Shown: piece by piece, positions 14,765-29,042 of the stretch
Position numbering within the stretch: position 1 is the first letter of the stretch
How the letters are laid out: every line of letters starts with the position of its first letter
Program-made: the position numbers and the translations under genes
NCBI GenBank assembly: GCA_964016885.1
Contig: OZ024747.1
Coordinates: forward strand, 75,888,001-75,952,000
Reading direction: 5' to 3'
Length of the DNA: 64,000 nt
DNA from: Eledone cirrhosa
Taxonomy: Eukaryota
Notes under the pieces: generated by a model
Databases searched by the model: none
Seen by the model: the letters and a program-made list of their open reading frames with translations, nothing else
What the model was told of the DNA's origin: nothing

Positions 14765-14928
14765 CTACAACACCTTCATTATAGGTCTCTTATATCAGAA
14801 CTCACCTGTTGACAATCTACAACACCTTCATTATAGGTCTCTTATATCAGAACTCACCTGTTGACAATCTACAACACCTTCATTATAGGTCTGTCAGATC
14901 AGAACTCAGCTGGAGACAATCTACAACA
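14765..14928. repeat. 52-bp tandem repeat, ~3 copies
   Basis: ctacaacaccttcattataggtct... recurs at 14765, 14817 and 14869. Confidence 0.9.
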
Positions 14929-15026
14929 AAAAGAACGTTTCAAATTCCTTCACCCCCCCCTCCCCATCGCACTTTGAATATCAACTCAAACAGTACATTC
15001 AATTCTATAATATATCTTAAACCTCT

Positions 15027-15172
15027 TTCTAACAGCACCAGTCAACACCTATTCTAACAGCACCAGTCAACACCTATTCTAACAGCACCAGTCAACACCT
15101 ATTCTAACAGCACCAGTCAACACCTATTCTAACAGCACCAGTCAACACCTATTCTAACAGCACCAGTCAACA
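15027..15172. repeat. 25-bp minisatellite, ~5.7 copies
   Basis: Unit ctaacagcaccagtcaacacctatt. Confidence 0.95.
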
Positions 15173-15495
15173 GAGAACCTCTTTGATATGACATGACCTG
15201 CTAGATAAAGCAGGCAAACTTTCTCACTCAATCAAAAACTTAAAAAAATCAGATTACATTGGAAAATATAGCCCTTAATGTAGAAAATGAGGGGGTTGTC
15301 ATGTTTGGAAAGCTTTCAAAATAGTTCTGCTCTATCCGGGAATGTATGGACCCGTAACTTTTAATACAATCATAGAGGCATCTTAGGGACATACAGCACT
15401 TTAAACCCGGAGAAGTGCATATCCTCTCCAGGTTTGAACAGAGTTGATCCCTTCCAGAGGATAAATAGTGAAAGAAAGCGAGAGAGAGAAAGAGA

Positions 15496-15589
<94 letters not shown>

Positions 15590-15708
15590 CGTAGAAGAAG
15601 TATCGTAATTTTTATCAATCTCAAAAGGATGAAAGGCAAAGAGTTGCTGGGTTTAGAAGTCAGAAATCAGAGAGCCGGATGAATAACGCAAACCATTTTA
15701 TCCAATGC

Positions 15709-17008
15709 GCTAACAACCCTGCCAAATCCCTGCCTATCTCTAACAACCCTGCCAAATCCCTGCCTATCTCTAACATCCCTGCCAAATCCCTGCCTATCTC
15801 TAACAACCCTGCCAAATCCCTGCCTATCTCTAACATCCCTGCCAAATCCCTGCCTATCTCTAACAACCCTGCCAAATCCCTGCCTATCTCTAACAACCCT
15901 GCCAAATCCCTGCCTATCTCTAACATCCCTACCAAATCCCTGCCTATCTCTAACAACCCTGCCAAATCCCTGCCTATCTCTAACAACCCTGCCAAATCCC
16001 TGCCTATCTCTAACAACCCTGCCAAATCCCTGCCTATCTCTAACATCCCTACCAAATCCCTGCCTATCTCTAACAACCCTGCCAAATCCCTGCCTATCTC
16101 TAACAACCCTGCCAAATCCCTGCCTATCTCTAACAACCCTGCCAAATCCCTGCCTATCTCTAACAACCCTACCAAATCCCTGCCTATCTCTAACAACCCT
16201 GCCAAATCTCTGCCTATCTCTAACAACCCTACCAAATCCCTGCCTATCTCTAACAACCCTGCCAAATCCCTGCCTATCTCTAACAACCCTACCAAATCCC
16301 TGCCTATCTCTAACAACCCTGCCAAATCCCTGCCTATCTCTAACAACCCTACAAAATCCCTGCCTATCTCTAACAACCCTGCCAAATCCCTGCCTATCTC
16401 TAACAACCCTGCCAAATCCCTGCCTATCTCTAACAACCCTGCCAAATCCCTGCCTATCTCTAACAACCCTGCCAAATCCCTGCCTATCTCTAACATCCCT
16501 ACCAAATCCCTGCCTATCTCTAACAACCCTGCCAAATCCCTGCCTATCTCTAACAACCCTGCCAAATCCCTGCCTATCTCTAACAACCCTGCCAAATCCC
16601 TGCCTATCTCTAACAACCCTACCAAATCCCTGCCTATCTCTAACAACCCTGCCAAATCTCTGCCTATCTCTAACAACCCTACCAAATCCCTGCCTATCTC
16701 TAACAACCCTGCCAAATCCCTGCCTATCTCTAACAACCCTACCAAATCCCTGCCTATCTCTAACAACCCTGCCAAATCCCTGCCTATCTCTAACAACCCT
16801 ACCAAATCCCTGCCTATCTCTAACAACCCTGCCAAATCCCTGCCTATCTCTAACAACCCTGCCAAATCCCTGCCTATCTCTAACAACCCTGCCAAATCCC
16901 TGCCTATCTCTAACAACCCTGCCAAATCCCTGCCTATCTCTAACAACCCTGCCAAATCCCTGCCTATCTCTAACAACCCTGCCAAATCCCTGCCTATCTC
17001 TAACAACC
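15709..17008. repeat. 30-bp minisatellite, ~43 copies
   Basis: Unit taacaaccctgccaaatccctgcctatctc, near-perfect. Confidence 0.98.
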
Positions 17009-17580
17009 ATGGCCTAGGATCAAACCTAAACAATTACAACAATACTAACAACATCACAATCCTTGTTGACATCATAACCCCGAAATAAAACATGTGAAAT
17101 ATCCCCAACATATTGACGGTGACCCACATCATCATAACAATAGGAAACTATACCAATCCCCTACATAACTACCACTTTACTAAAAACACCAACCGACAGC
17201 AATACTAAAATACAGATCTTTCATCTTCAATATATTCTGTCCTAAATATGGCATTCATCCAGAATTTGTTTTAACATTTCAATATTTCTCTCTGTAGTGC
17301 AACTGATGTTTCCATATCTGTGAAATAATCTGCATGCATTCACTGATAATTATACACGCACACACTCACACATAAACACAGATACACACACACACATATA
17401 TATATATATGCATATATATATGTGTGTGTGTGTATATATATGTACATATAGATACACACACAAATGTATATATAGATATAATATATATATATATATATAT
17501 ACATACACACACATATAAATAAATTATTATTTCTGGCAATATTATTACAATAATATGACCCTCTCCATATATATATATAA

Positions 17581-18014
17581 AGGAGAGGCACAAAGCAAAG
17601 AAAAGAATCCCAGTCACTGAAGAGGTCACAGAATGTGTGACGAAAGAACTTTGACAATATATGAACAACCGTCCGGTTATGGAACCAACCAACCAATCGG
17701 AAATTTATAAATTCTTAAATTTATAAATTTAATTTATAATAAATTGGAGTGAAAGCAACTGGTGCGTGTGTTTCTTATTGGCAACATGACCCTCCCAAAG
17801 TATAACAATATATATATATATATGTTGCCAATAAGAAACACACGCACCAGTTGCTTTCACTCCATTTTATTATAAATTAAATTTATAAATTTCCGATTGG
17901 TTGGTTGGTTCCATAACCGGACGGTTGTTCATATATTGTCAAAGTTCTTTCGTCACACATTCTGTGACCTCTTCGGTGACTGGGATTCTTTTCTTTTCTT
18001 TGTGCTTCTCCTTT
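17581..18014. mobile_element. Family C pLTR plus a downstream inverted copy; hammerheads 17613-17655 (+, CTGAAGA) and 17938-17980 (-, CCGAAGA)
   Basis: GTCA CTGAAGA G GTCACA gaatg TGTGAC GAAA GaaC TT TGAC. 17823-18014 is the reverse complement of about 17579-17788. Confidence 0.85.
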
Positions 18015-18039
18015 GTTCTGTCCTACGCCAAGATGGCGT

Positions 18040-19506
18040 AGGTCAGTCTCCCTGACGTAACATATGAGTAAGGTCATGGAGCGAATCATCAGAAAGGAAC
18101 TGATCACTTTCCTCGAGTAAAATGATCGCCTGACTAGCACGCAGCAGGGCTTTCGCCCAGGAAGAAGCTGCCTTACACAGCTGCTACATCACTACGACTG
18201 GGTACTGAAACAACTGCTAGACAGCTCACATGTGGACGTGATATATCTTGACTTTGCGAAGGCCTTTGACAATGTCGACCACGGAATGATATGTCACAAA
18301 CTACACGGACTCAGCATAACTGGAAAAGTAGGTGAGTGGCTGCATGACTTCTTAAAGGACAGAAGCCAGACAGTCGCAGCAAACGGGGCCCTCTCAAAGG
18401 AAACATCAATAACAAGTGGGGTGTCCCAAGGCACAGTCCTGGGACCACTACTGTTTTTGGTGGCTCTCTTAGACATGCCCTCTGTAGTACATACAACAAC
18501 ATCCCTCACTAGCTATGCTGATGACACTAAGGCAATAAAAAAACCGGCTGACGCTGTCCTTTTACAACAAGATCTGGATGCCATATACAAATGAGCAGAA
18601 GACAACAACATGCAGTTTAATGCTGGCAAATTCCAAGCCCTACAATACAAACCTGCAAACACAAATACAGTACAACACAGTTACGCCGGACCAGGAGGGA
18701 CTGATATCCCCGTGTCGAAATCTATACGAGACCTGGGTATAGACATGAGCGATGATGCGTCTTTCTCCTCACATATCATGAAAGTGGCGACAATGTGGAG
18801 ACGACTCGCTGGCTGGATCTTGAGGACTTTCCGGACAAGAGACCGAGACATCATGTTGACGTTATGGAGGACATTTGTCCTAATCCGCCTGGACTATTGC
18901 TCCCAGTTGTGGTCACCCCATAGTGTCAAACTAACCACGGAACTTGAGGTAATCCAGCGGAGCTACACCAAGAGGATTGCGACGATGAAGGAGATAAGCT
19001 ACTGGGAGAGGCTAAAAGAACTGAACCTCTACCCCTTGGAACGAAGACGGGAGAGATGCGCAGTGATCTACATGTGGAAAATCCTGGAGGGACTAGCACT
19101 AAACTTTGGCATTGGGAGCTGGACCAACCGTCGAACAGGACGTCACTGTGTGGTGCCAAAAGTCCCGTCTTCCACATCTAGAATAAGGAGCAGATATTGC
19201 AATAGCCTGGGTTTCAAGGGCCCTGAACTCGTCAACAAGCTGCCGAGGGATCTGAGAGATCTGCATGGTGTGGATGTGGATTTATTCAAGAAACATGTCG
19301 ACACCTTGCTATCCAGGATCCCGGATAGCCCACAGCAAGGCACGAGGGAAACCTAAGGGCAGCAGCAACGAACTCCCTCTTGCACCAGTGACCAACCAAT
19401 ACAGGCTGGAGATAAATTGTGTATCAACAAGGGCGGTGCCCCAGAATGGCCTCAGCCGGAGGGCTGGGACAGGTAGAAGAGTAAAAGAGTAAAAGAGTAA
19501 AAGAGT
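18040..19506 (+). mobile_element. 5'-truncated CR1-group LINE, RT with stops, 8-bp tandem tail
   Basis: Motifs [40 protein letters not shown] and LDYCSQLWSP. In-frame stops at about 18118 and 18592. Tail (TAAAAGAG)n at 19477-19506. Confidence 0.92.
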
Positions 19507-20415
19507 ATATACATACATACATGTATATGTGACATTTACTTTTAACATCAGAATGTGATATTGTAAATTTCACAGCTAATATTTGAAATAGCTTTCTGTC
19601 AAACTTGCTAGTCAGTACAATACCATTTCACACAAACGATGCTCTGTATTGTTTAAGCGCCTTCAAACAGACAGCACTACTTAATTATTTGTTACATTCT
19701 CTTTATGTTCTCACTTCAACATTCAACTGTAGAAGAATGGGCTTTTTCCCCATGCATTCTATTTTCATTTAATTCATTCTTCACTATCCGAAACAGCGAA
19801 TATTGTTATATATTCAAATGTTTCATCTCCATGTGTAGAAATGCTCTTATATGTCACATGAAAATAAAGAGAATCTATGTTATTATACAACGACTGATCA
19901 CTGACTGGTTAGAGATACGAACTCTGTTGTTGATTTGAGATATATGTGTGTGTTAGTAACACAAGAAACGACCAGGCCATTCGTGTTTTTCCAAATAATA
20001 ATATAACAGTGATTGCTTGCAAAAGCGCATTGTTACACATTTATCAATTCCTACATGAGGATAATAAGTGACTAATTATTTGTAGACACGTGTATCCTTA
20101 ACGTGATTCTCAGGGAGATTCAGTGTGAAACAGCGTGTGATAAGGCTGGTTCTTTAACATACAGGTAAAATCCATCCGACAGGCTTCCGATATATTACGT
20201 CAGGCCAATTCCAATCACAATGCTTGGTAAATGGTATGGTAAATGGTATACGCCAGATATACCACAGCGTGGGATCGAATCCTGCACCTTATGATTACAT
20301 GGCGAATATCTTAAACTTTCTTTCTAGATTTTTATTACGTTTTTTACGTTTATTACATATAGATCTGATAGATTTATATTAATATAGTATACACTATATA
20401 CGTATATATATATAC

Positions 20416-21365
<950 letters not shown>

Positions 21366-21674
21366 GTGTGTGCCTCTGTGTGTCTACGAGAGTATATATG
21401 TGTGTGTTATGATATGCAGACAAAGATGCGGAAGATATGATCAAGGGGATAAGGTGTGTATATATATTCATTTGTTTATTCCCAGGTAATATTTGTTGTC
21501 TTTGATGTGGGGCATTTGATAGCGGACGGAAAAATGGGATTCAACAGCTAATGTATTCAAATCTACATAAAATATCGCACGTTCCCACTTTGCAATAGCT
21601 ATTTCATAACCATTCTCTTTCATTTCGAAATTTCTATCAGAATTGATATTAAGATAAATCAGAATACAAACGCC

Positions 21675-21739
<65 letters not shown>

Positions 21740-21744
21740 CATTA

Positions 21745-21776
<32 letters not shown>

Positions 21777-21899
21777 AACATTAATATACATATATATATA
21801 TATATATATTATATATACATTAGAAGGAACGATCGACTTTTTTGTCAAATCGGACCGAGGGAACAATGTTTCCGTTGGTCTTTCCAATTGCTAATACTA

Positions 21900-22045
21900 T
21901 CTATTGGTCGCAACTCCAGGTAGAAGGAGCAACGTGAAATAAAGTGTCTTGCTCAAGGACATAACGCATCGCCTGGTCCAGGAATCGAACTCACAACCTT
22001 ACGATTGCGAATACAATTCTCTAACCACTCAGCCATACGCCTTCA
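21900..22045 (-). mobile_element. tRNA-derived SINE of a second family (also 33795-34075 minus)
   Basis: Minus strand ggcgtatggctgagtggttag (A box), gagttcgattcc (B box), then tccttgagcaagacactttatttcacgttgctcc. Confidence 0.8.
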
Positions 22046-22056
22046 TTAATATACAC

Positions 22057-22089
<33 letters not shown>

Positions 22090-22124
22090 ATGCATAGATA
22101 TATATATACATAGATATATATAAG

Positions 22125-22315
<191 letters not shown>

Positions 22316-22394
22316 ATATATCTATATATATATCTATGTATATATATATATATATATCTATGTATATATATATATATATACATACTTATATATA

Positions 22395-22557
<163 letters not shown>

Positions 22558-22642
22558 TATGTATATATATGTATATATATATATACACGTATATAAGTAT
22601 GTATATATATATATGGCGTTTGTATTCGGATTTATCTTAATA

Positions 22643-23860
22643 TCGTTAATTACCTCGACGTTACCCTCAATTTATTGAATGGGTTGTATTACCCGTATAG
22701 AAAGCCGTATGATACGCTTAATTACATAAGTAAGCATTCCAACCATCCTGCCAGCATAACCAAGAACCTGGTAAGAAACGTTTCGTTGAGGCTTTCCCGT
22801 CTTTCCACCAACGAGCGTATTTTCAACGACCATTCCACTTATTACAATGAAGCTCTTGCTCGAAGCGGATTTGTCGATAAGGTAGCATATACTGAGTACG
22901 AAAATAGACCTAGAAGTAATAGTTCCCGTCGCATTTGTTGGTATAACCCACCATATAATATGGAGGTGGCCACACCATTAGCTAAGATCATTCTTTCCCT
23001 TATTACGAAGCATTTTCCCCTACACATAAATATAGTAAAACTTTTAATAGAAATACTATTAAAATTTCTTACTCTACGACTCCTAACCTTGCACATAACA
23101 TCACAGCTTCTAATGTAGCTAAACTACCATGCCGTAGGAACACGTGCAACCCTGTAGTTAGTACTAACTGTAATTGTAGGAATCGGGTTGATTGCCCCCT
23201 ATCCGGGAAATGCCTCTCTAGTAACATTGTCTACAAATGTAAGGTTGTAACACCCACGTCCCGTAGAGCCTACATAGGGTTAACCGCCAATAGATTCAAG
23301 CAGCGTCTTTACATGCATACCCATTCTTTTCGTTACCCTCTAAGAAGGAATATGACGTCACTTTCAGCTTATATCTGGAGTCTAAAAGACAACCACACCC
23401 AATATGAGTTACACTGGGAGATGCTAGCTAGGACTAGATCGTATAACGGAAATAAAAGACCATGTGACCTCTGCGCCGCTGAGGCCCTGGAAATACGCTA
23501 TGCCACAGACCACATCTTAAACAAAAAATCTGAGGCAATTTCGGCTTGTAAACATAAATTGCACAAAACTTTCCTGTATTACAGCCCCACGTTATACCCT
23601 AACGGATAGTACGATTTATACGTGGATATTTACGTCTTGATGTGGGAGCTAAGTATATGTTTTGTTTATACCAATACTTATTTGCATAGCGAACGTTTCC
23701 ACGAACCAAAGTATCTTCTTCCTGTCTTCCTCCGGTTGAACGTTTTTTGAAAGATCCTCTTCTGCGTTTACAGATTGGCTTTGTTAGTTTCAGAAGATCC
23801 CGTTAAGGGTGAAAGCAGCGATTCTTTGCTTAAACTTTAATCTGTTATTTTAATAAATAT
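22643..23860 (+). mobile_element. Second family A PLE copy, 5'-truncated, intron spliced out; hammerhead 23770-23845
   Basis: Highly similar to 1262-2309 joined directly to 3061-3230. It has a frameshift near 23018 and encodes the thumb, Cys linker and GIY-YIG domains. Confidence 0.95.
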
Positions 23861-24061
23861 ATCTATATATACATTGTGTAAGTAAATTACTGTTAACAGA
23901 TGATTAGTTCAATGTCACCCATAGAATTTATGGACTCAACTCTAGCATCGATCAGCTCATCAGGCTGGTGATTCAACAGAAAAATATAGTGTTTCTGGTA
24001 ATCGTCGGGTACATACCAGAAGCAACCATTTCTAACTCATCCGCTAAATCTCCAAGCCTCA

Positions 24062-24290
24062 CTAGCCGAGCTCATGAATATTATCCAACCATCTTGCTAA
24101 GGGTCTAGCCTTGGGTCCCCTGCCAGTTGGTTTTGAAATCTCTCCAGCGATTCCTTCTTGAGACATTCTAACCACATTCTCATCCGAGCCACGCAATCTA
24201 TTGAGTAATATTACTCCAAAAAACATTCGGAGGAACCCCATTTCGGCCACTTGTGTTCGATATCGTATACTTTTAGTCATTGCACAAGAT
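24062..24290 (-). pseudogene. Decayed RTE-clade 3' end
   Basis: RTQVAEMGFLR..GV.LLNRLR and PTGRGPKARPLARWLDNI resemble the RTE C-terminal AEMxFLR and GxRPxGRPxxRW motifs. Confidence 0.7.
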
Positions 24291-24520
24291 TCTAGACCAG
24301 AGATAATTAATTCACAATATAAATTTTATTGGGCATTTAATTTATATCAAAGGCTATTTAAGAAGTTAAACTCTCATTTAGTTCATCATACTACATCTAT
24401 GCTAACTTAAATACACCCACACACACTCACACACACATACACACAGAGATTCTAATTATATATATATATACATATACATACATATATACATATACATACA
24501 CACACACACACATATATATA

Positions 24521-24556
<36 letters not shown>

Positions 24557-25372
24557 CTGTATGTATGTGTGCGTGCTTGTATGTTTACACACAAGTGATG
24601 GTAGATCACACACACATGCATTCACATATTTTGCACCCATATTTCAAACGAAAAAGAAAAAAAAAACATTGTTTCAAAAAAGCATAAATATGTTGCACAC
24701 ATTCCATAGGTATACAGAAGTGAGTTGTTAATGCCACAGTGCATGTGTAACGCTGAAAGTTAACATAAAGTAGGTGCAGACAGAGAAAACACCTGCAGAT
24801 AAAAGAGATGGAACATGGCAATTATCAATACCTATTGCAATATAAATTCATCGGATTGGAAATATTAAAGAGACTTTCACTTCCTTTCTTTCTTATATTT
24901 TTGTAGACAGTAAAGAATATTTGCACGCATAAATGCACAGACACGGTACACATATAGAAGGTATAGGAAACAGATAAGTGCGTATATATAAATTCATAAC
25001 ATACATATACATACACATGTATATATGATTGTAAGTGTTTGTGTTTGTGTCATTAACAGTATAGTCGAGTTTGTTTGCACACAGGAATGTATAGACATTT
25101 ACCTTCATATACAAAGAGAGGGATTGTCAGATGGAGATTGACATGTTAGATATTCATGTATATATATAGTATTAGTTATACTATTTATGGTTATGTAAAC
25201 ACAAAACCTTAAGCAGTTGTAAGTATTTTACACACACCCTAAATAGTGGTAGGCAGTAATGTATTACTACCTTATTACCAGTAAGTTAAGTAGCTCAATG
25301 TAAAAACATCAGATGATTTACAGAGCAGTTATATGAAATATAAGAATCAAAGAACTGTTCAAAACATTATTG

Positions 25373-25419
25373 TGCTTACAGCTGTTTCCTCCAAACCGAG
25401 GTTTGGATTCTTCGGAGCA
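25373..25419 (-). ncRNA. Minimal hammerhead, core CCGAAGA
   Basis: Minus strand: TGCT CCGAAGA a TCCAAAC ctcg GTTTGGA g GAAA CAGCTG TA AGCA, with a palindromic stem III. Confidence 0.82.
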
Positions 25420-26863
25420 ATTTATTAATGCATGGACAGTTATATGACCTCCTCTTCAGCCGAGAGACATACCAATACATATTCAAACATTGATACATAT
25501 TCAAACATTGTGGGTCAACATTCATTACAGAATTTAGAGTGGCAGTACACACTTCGAGATTACATTTATATTAATAGGTACAATCAAAAATCAAAGATAT
25601 AGGTTAAAGTACAACATGAAGATAAGTGGTTATATAGTGCAAATGTTATATGTGTGGCACGCATGTGCGTCTTGTTTATATAGTGTGGCAGGGAGATATG
25701 TGTGGTAGAGGCACTTAGGTAGGTAAATAAGAGTGTTAGGTTGGTAGATCTGGTGGCAAAGTCTTTATATGATTGATGTAGTCTGTGTGTGGAGAAATAT
25801 TATAAGCATTAAAGATAGTGCAAGCATTAAAAGTGTTATAAGTATTGGAGATGCACAGCGCAGGGATGTCAAGTAATTCATGTACTTCGGCATTTTCATG
25901 GTCAAGGGAGTGTATATTTCGATTATATGCCTTTCACATAATCCACGACAATCCAGTTAGAGATCGTAGTCTGGTGTTCTTTAGTTCGATACAGGAGGTT
26001 GTTACGTTTCGAGAAACGCCATTGAATACCGGAAGAGTGTGTGTGGCTAAGGGGAGTTAATGCATGCGGGGAGGTAACTCTGGGGTTTCCATATCTAGCC
26101 ATTAAAATGTGTCCCAATATAGACCCTAAAATTCTATGGTGAGGTGCACCTTCCAAGAGAGACTTTTAAAGCATAAAGTGTACTAACTATAGAGTAGTTT
26201 AACTAAATTATGCTGAAGGTGATCATATTATTATTAAGGTGGATTAACCCATCATAAGGTGCTACAAATGGAAATTATAGATGATGAGCGAGGATTCTAA
26301 ATTAATGATCTCTGTGGTTGTAGTCTGCTCATATGGCCAGGCGCGTTGATTGCAGGATTGCTTCAGGACCCAATGATCTCTGGTAAGATCTGGGTCATCA
26401 CTTGCTACATTGGATGTCGAAAGATAATCGTCCCCAGGCAGGCCAAAGGTCAATCCGCAGTCCTCGCGACCCCTCTCTGACCGTCAGATCATCCATATAC
26501 GTACAACCCGCACGGCAGTTGCATTGCATTCACTCACTGCGCTCCGCAGCCCGGTCCTACTGGTCAACAGCGCTACTCGATTAAATCATTTTACATCTGT
26601 CTAAGGAAGGTGTTTCCTCTGCCCAACACCATCCAACCGATCAATTCATGCTCAAATTACCCTTAGAGCGGTGTAGTGCCGTCCAAGTGGGTGGATGTTG
26701 TTACACCTGCCGTAGAGGTATAAATGGGTATTTTCCCTGCGAAGGGTTCCAGAGGGATGTCGTTGTTTGTGTTATAATGGATCAGCTAGTGTTGGGTATG
26801 TAGTATAGGGTGTGTCTCTGGTGTTTGATGCTAGATGTGGTGTTAGGTTCCAGTCCGACATTG

Positions 26864-28951
26864 CTATATATAGGGCTTAAAGTTTTGGAAGGAATGTCTG
26901 AGGCGGTGCTGGCAAGTTGCAAACACCTCAGATTTTTTGTTAAGTAGGTTACGGTTGGAGAAGATAATATTGTGTGTCTCTAGTACACAGAGGTTACAGA
27001 ATTTATTAGGTGGTTTGTACGAGGTCGCGCTGCCTATCACTTCCCATTTGAGTGTGTATGGTTTATTTTTAGATTTTAGATAGTGTATGTAGCTAGAAAG
27101 TGAGGTGGAGTTGGCTAGGCTGTGCTTTTTGAACGAGTGGATGTGCGAGTTATATCTGATTTTGAAGCAGTTAGAAGTGGAGCCTACATAGGTTTCTGAA
27201 GAGTTATTAGTCGTGACTGTGCATGAGTATATGACATCCTTGGTTAGGCATTTTTTATCTAAAGGGCAGGTTCTATTAGCTCTACAGTTACAATTATTCT
27301 GTGCGTTAGTCCGCTGGTTATAATGCAATGCGGAAGTCTGTGTGGTGGATATAGGATTTTGGGTGTTCGGGTTGACAACCCTGGTGTTATTACTTATACT
27401 AGTGTTATTTCTATTGTTACTGCCGTTGCTATTGTTGCTTGCTACAGTGGTATTTAGAGGGTTTGCATCCCGTTGTGATTTTGTTTGTTGGAAGTAAGAA
27501 CTAATTTTACTATTATTGCTGCTAGCTATGTGGTATGCTAAGTTAGGCGTCGTAGAGTAAGAGATTTTAATGGTGTTTTTGTTTAAGAGGTTGTGGTACT
27601 TGTGTCCTAGAGGGAAGTTTTTATCTAGTAGTGAGAAGAAAGCCCTAGGTATGTTGGTGGAGACATTTAGGTTGAAAGGAGGGTTGAAAAATGTATTATT
27701 TCTTCTTCTATTTTTGCTTTTAGTGTTTGGTGTGTTGCTTCCTCCTAAGGCCTCACAGTAGTTTCCATGGTAATGGTTACTTCCGGTGGCACCCTCCGCT
27801 TTGGTGCACTTGTGGTTGCTATTCCTATTATTAGATTTCCTCATGGACATGTTGTGCGAGATGATGTTGTAGCTATGTGTTTTCTTAGGTAGGAACTCAA
27901 TTTCTATATTATGGCCGGAGCTAGCTAATGCTTGATTATAATATTGTGAGTTTTTGCTAAATATGTTTGCGTCATAGGACAGACTAGAGATTCTATTGGA
28001 CACCCCCTTAGAGATAGAGTTTAATATTGATCTAGGGTGATTAGACTTGGTATCTACGTAAATAAGTTTCTCATTAGGCTTATGGAAAGGTGTATATATT
28101 TTTGAGTCTAGGTATAGTGTGGCGTCTAGGAAGTTAACATTTTTAGTGTTTTTGTCCATGGTGATACTAAGGTTAAAGTTTTTGAATGTCTTATGCAGTT
28201 GTTTTCTAGTTCTTTCTATATTAAATTTTTTATATTCTATGAGTAGAAGTGCATCATCGCGGTACAAACCACCGTTGAGGTAAGGGAGGTCTTTATGGAT
28301 TTCATTGAGGAGGTATAGGCCGACCAAATCAGTGACCTGCGCCGAGTCACTAGATCCCATGGTTATGTCGAAGTTGTTGTGCGTATCCTTGCGTGTCCAT
28401 AGTTGGTCCTCGAAGGTGATTATGGTTTTACGGGCCGCAAGGATGACATCAACCTGGGCTCTAGTCAGGTCGCTATTGGCCATGGCCATGATAAGTGCCT
28501 TATTTAATAGGATAGGGGAAATAGAGGTGTAGTATGAATTGATATCAAATTGAATAAATTTTTTGTTCTTATTATTCTTGATATCCTTAAACCATTCAAT
28601 TACTTCACCCGTATTTCCCCATTGTTTAAGGTGTATCTTGTGTTTAATTTGTGGGATGATTTTATCCAAAATCTTCTTGCTGATAATACCAATGTCGGAC
28701 TTGGAAGGGCAGATAAGTCTTATCGTGGGGTTGCTGATGAAGTTCTCCTTATGGTCCTTCAGAGAGAATCTAGGGGGGTTCGGAGTGAAAGGTTGTGTAT
28801 GCCTCTGTAGTCCTAGTTTAGACACTATATTATAACCCTCTACATTAATATCTTCTAAGTTTTTCAAGGTGGTTTTTTTGTAGCTTTTATGTAGTTCATT
28901 ATATATAAACTTTCTATAAGTAATATAATCTAGGCTGTATATGTTATTAGT
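26864..28951 (-). CDS. PLE RT / GIY-YIG polyprotein, open but 5'-truncated (no ATG; begins at TNNIY of the DKTxN motif)
   Basis: Motifs PRFSLKDHKENF, FIQFDINSYY, FDITMGSSDSAQVTDLVG, GGLYRDDALL, CNCRANRTCPLDKKC, IYSC...YVGST..FK.R...H and CNLCVLE...LNKKSE...CQH. The frame stays open 28 codons upstream of the track's TTG. Confidence 0.93.
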   Translation of the reverse strand, partial: TNNIYSLDYITYRKFIYNELHKSYKKTTLKNLEDINVEGYNIVSKLGLQRHTQPFTPNPPRFSLKDHKENFISNPTIRLICPSKSDIGIISKKILDKIIPQIKHKIHLKQWGNTGEVIEWFKDIKNNKNKKFIQFDINSYYTSISPILLNKALIMAMANSDLTRAQVDVILAARKTIITFEDQLWTRKDTHNNFDITMGSSDSAQVTDLVGLYLLNEIHKDLPYLNGGLYRDDALLLIEYKKFNIERTRKQLHKTFKNFNLSITMDKNTKNVNFLDATLYLDSKIYTPFHKPNEKLIYVDTKSNHPRSILNSISKGVSNRISSLSYDANIFSKNSQYYNQALASSGHNIEIEFLPKKTHSYNIISHNMSMRKSNNRNSNHKCTKAEGATGSNHYHGNYCEALGGSNTPNTKSKNRRRNNTFFNPPFNLNVSTNIPRAFFSLLDKNFPLGHKYHNLLNKNTIKISYSTTPNLAYHIASSNNSKISSYFQQTKSQRDANPLNTTVASNNSNGSNNRNNTSISNNTRVVNPNTQNPISTTQTSALHYNQRTNAQNNCNCRANRTCPLDKKCLTKDVIYSCTVTTNNSSETYVGSTSNCFKIRYNSHIHSFKKHSLANSTSLSSYIHYLKSKNKPYTLKWEVIGSATSYKPPNKFCNLCVLETHNIIFSNRNLLNKKSEVFATCQHRLRHSFQNFKPYI

Positions 28952-28985
28952 TTATATGTTATATATATATATATAAAAACATGAA

Positions 28986-29038
<53 letters not shown>

Positions 29039-29042
<4 letters not shown>

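Larger units (their letters stand above)
25330..28953 (-). mobile_element. Penelope-like retroelement of a second family (Naiad-like) with a ~1.5 kb 3' region
   Basis: An uninterrupted RT/GIY-YIG frame is followed by non-repetitive 3' sequence ending in a hammerhead near 25373-25419. The exact 3' boundary is uncertain. Confidence 0.85.

Noticed and set aside
15660-17088. Three ~450-aa repeat ORFs
   Set aside because: A 30-bp unit open in several frames on both strands; a minisatellite artefact.
26360-26405. C/D box-like pair (GTGATGA...CTGA) around a hairpin on the minus strand
   Set aside because: Too short for a snoRNA, has no guide region, and lies inside a PLE 3' region.
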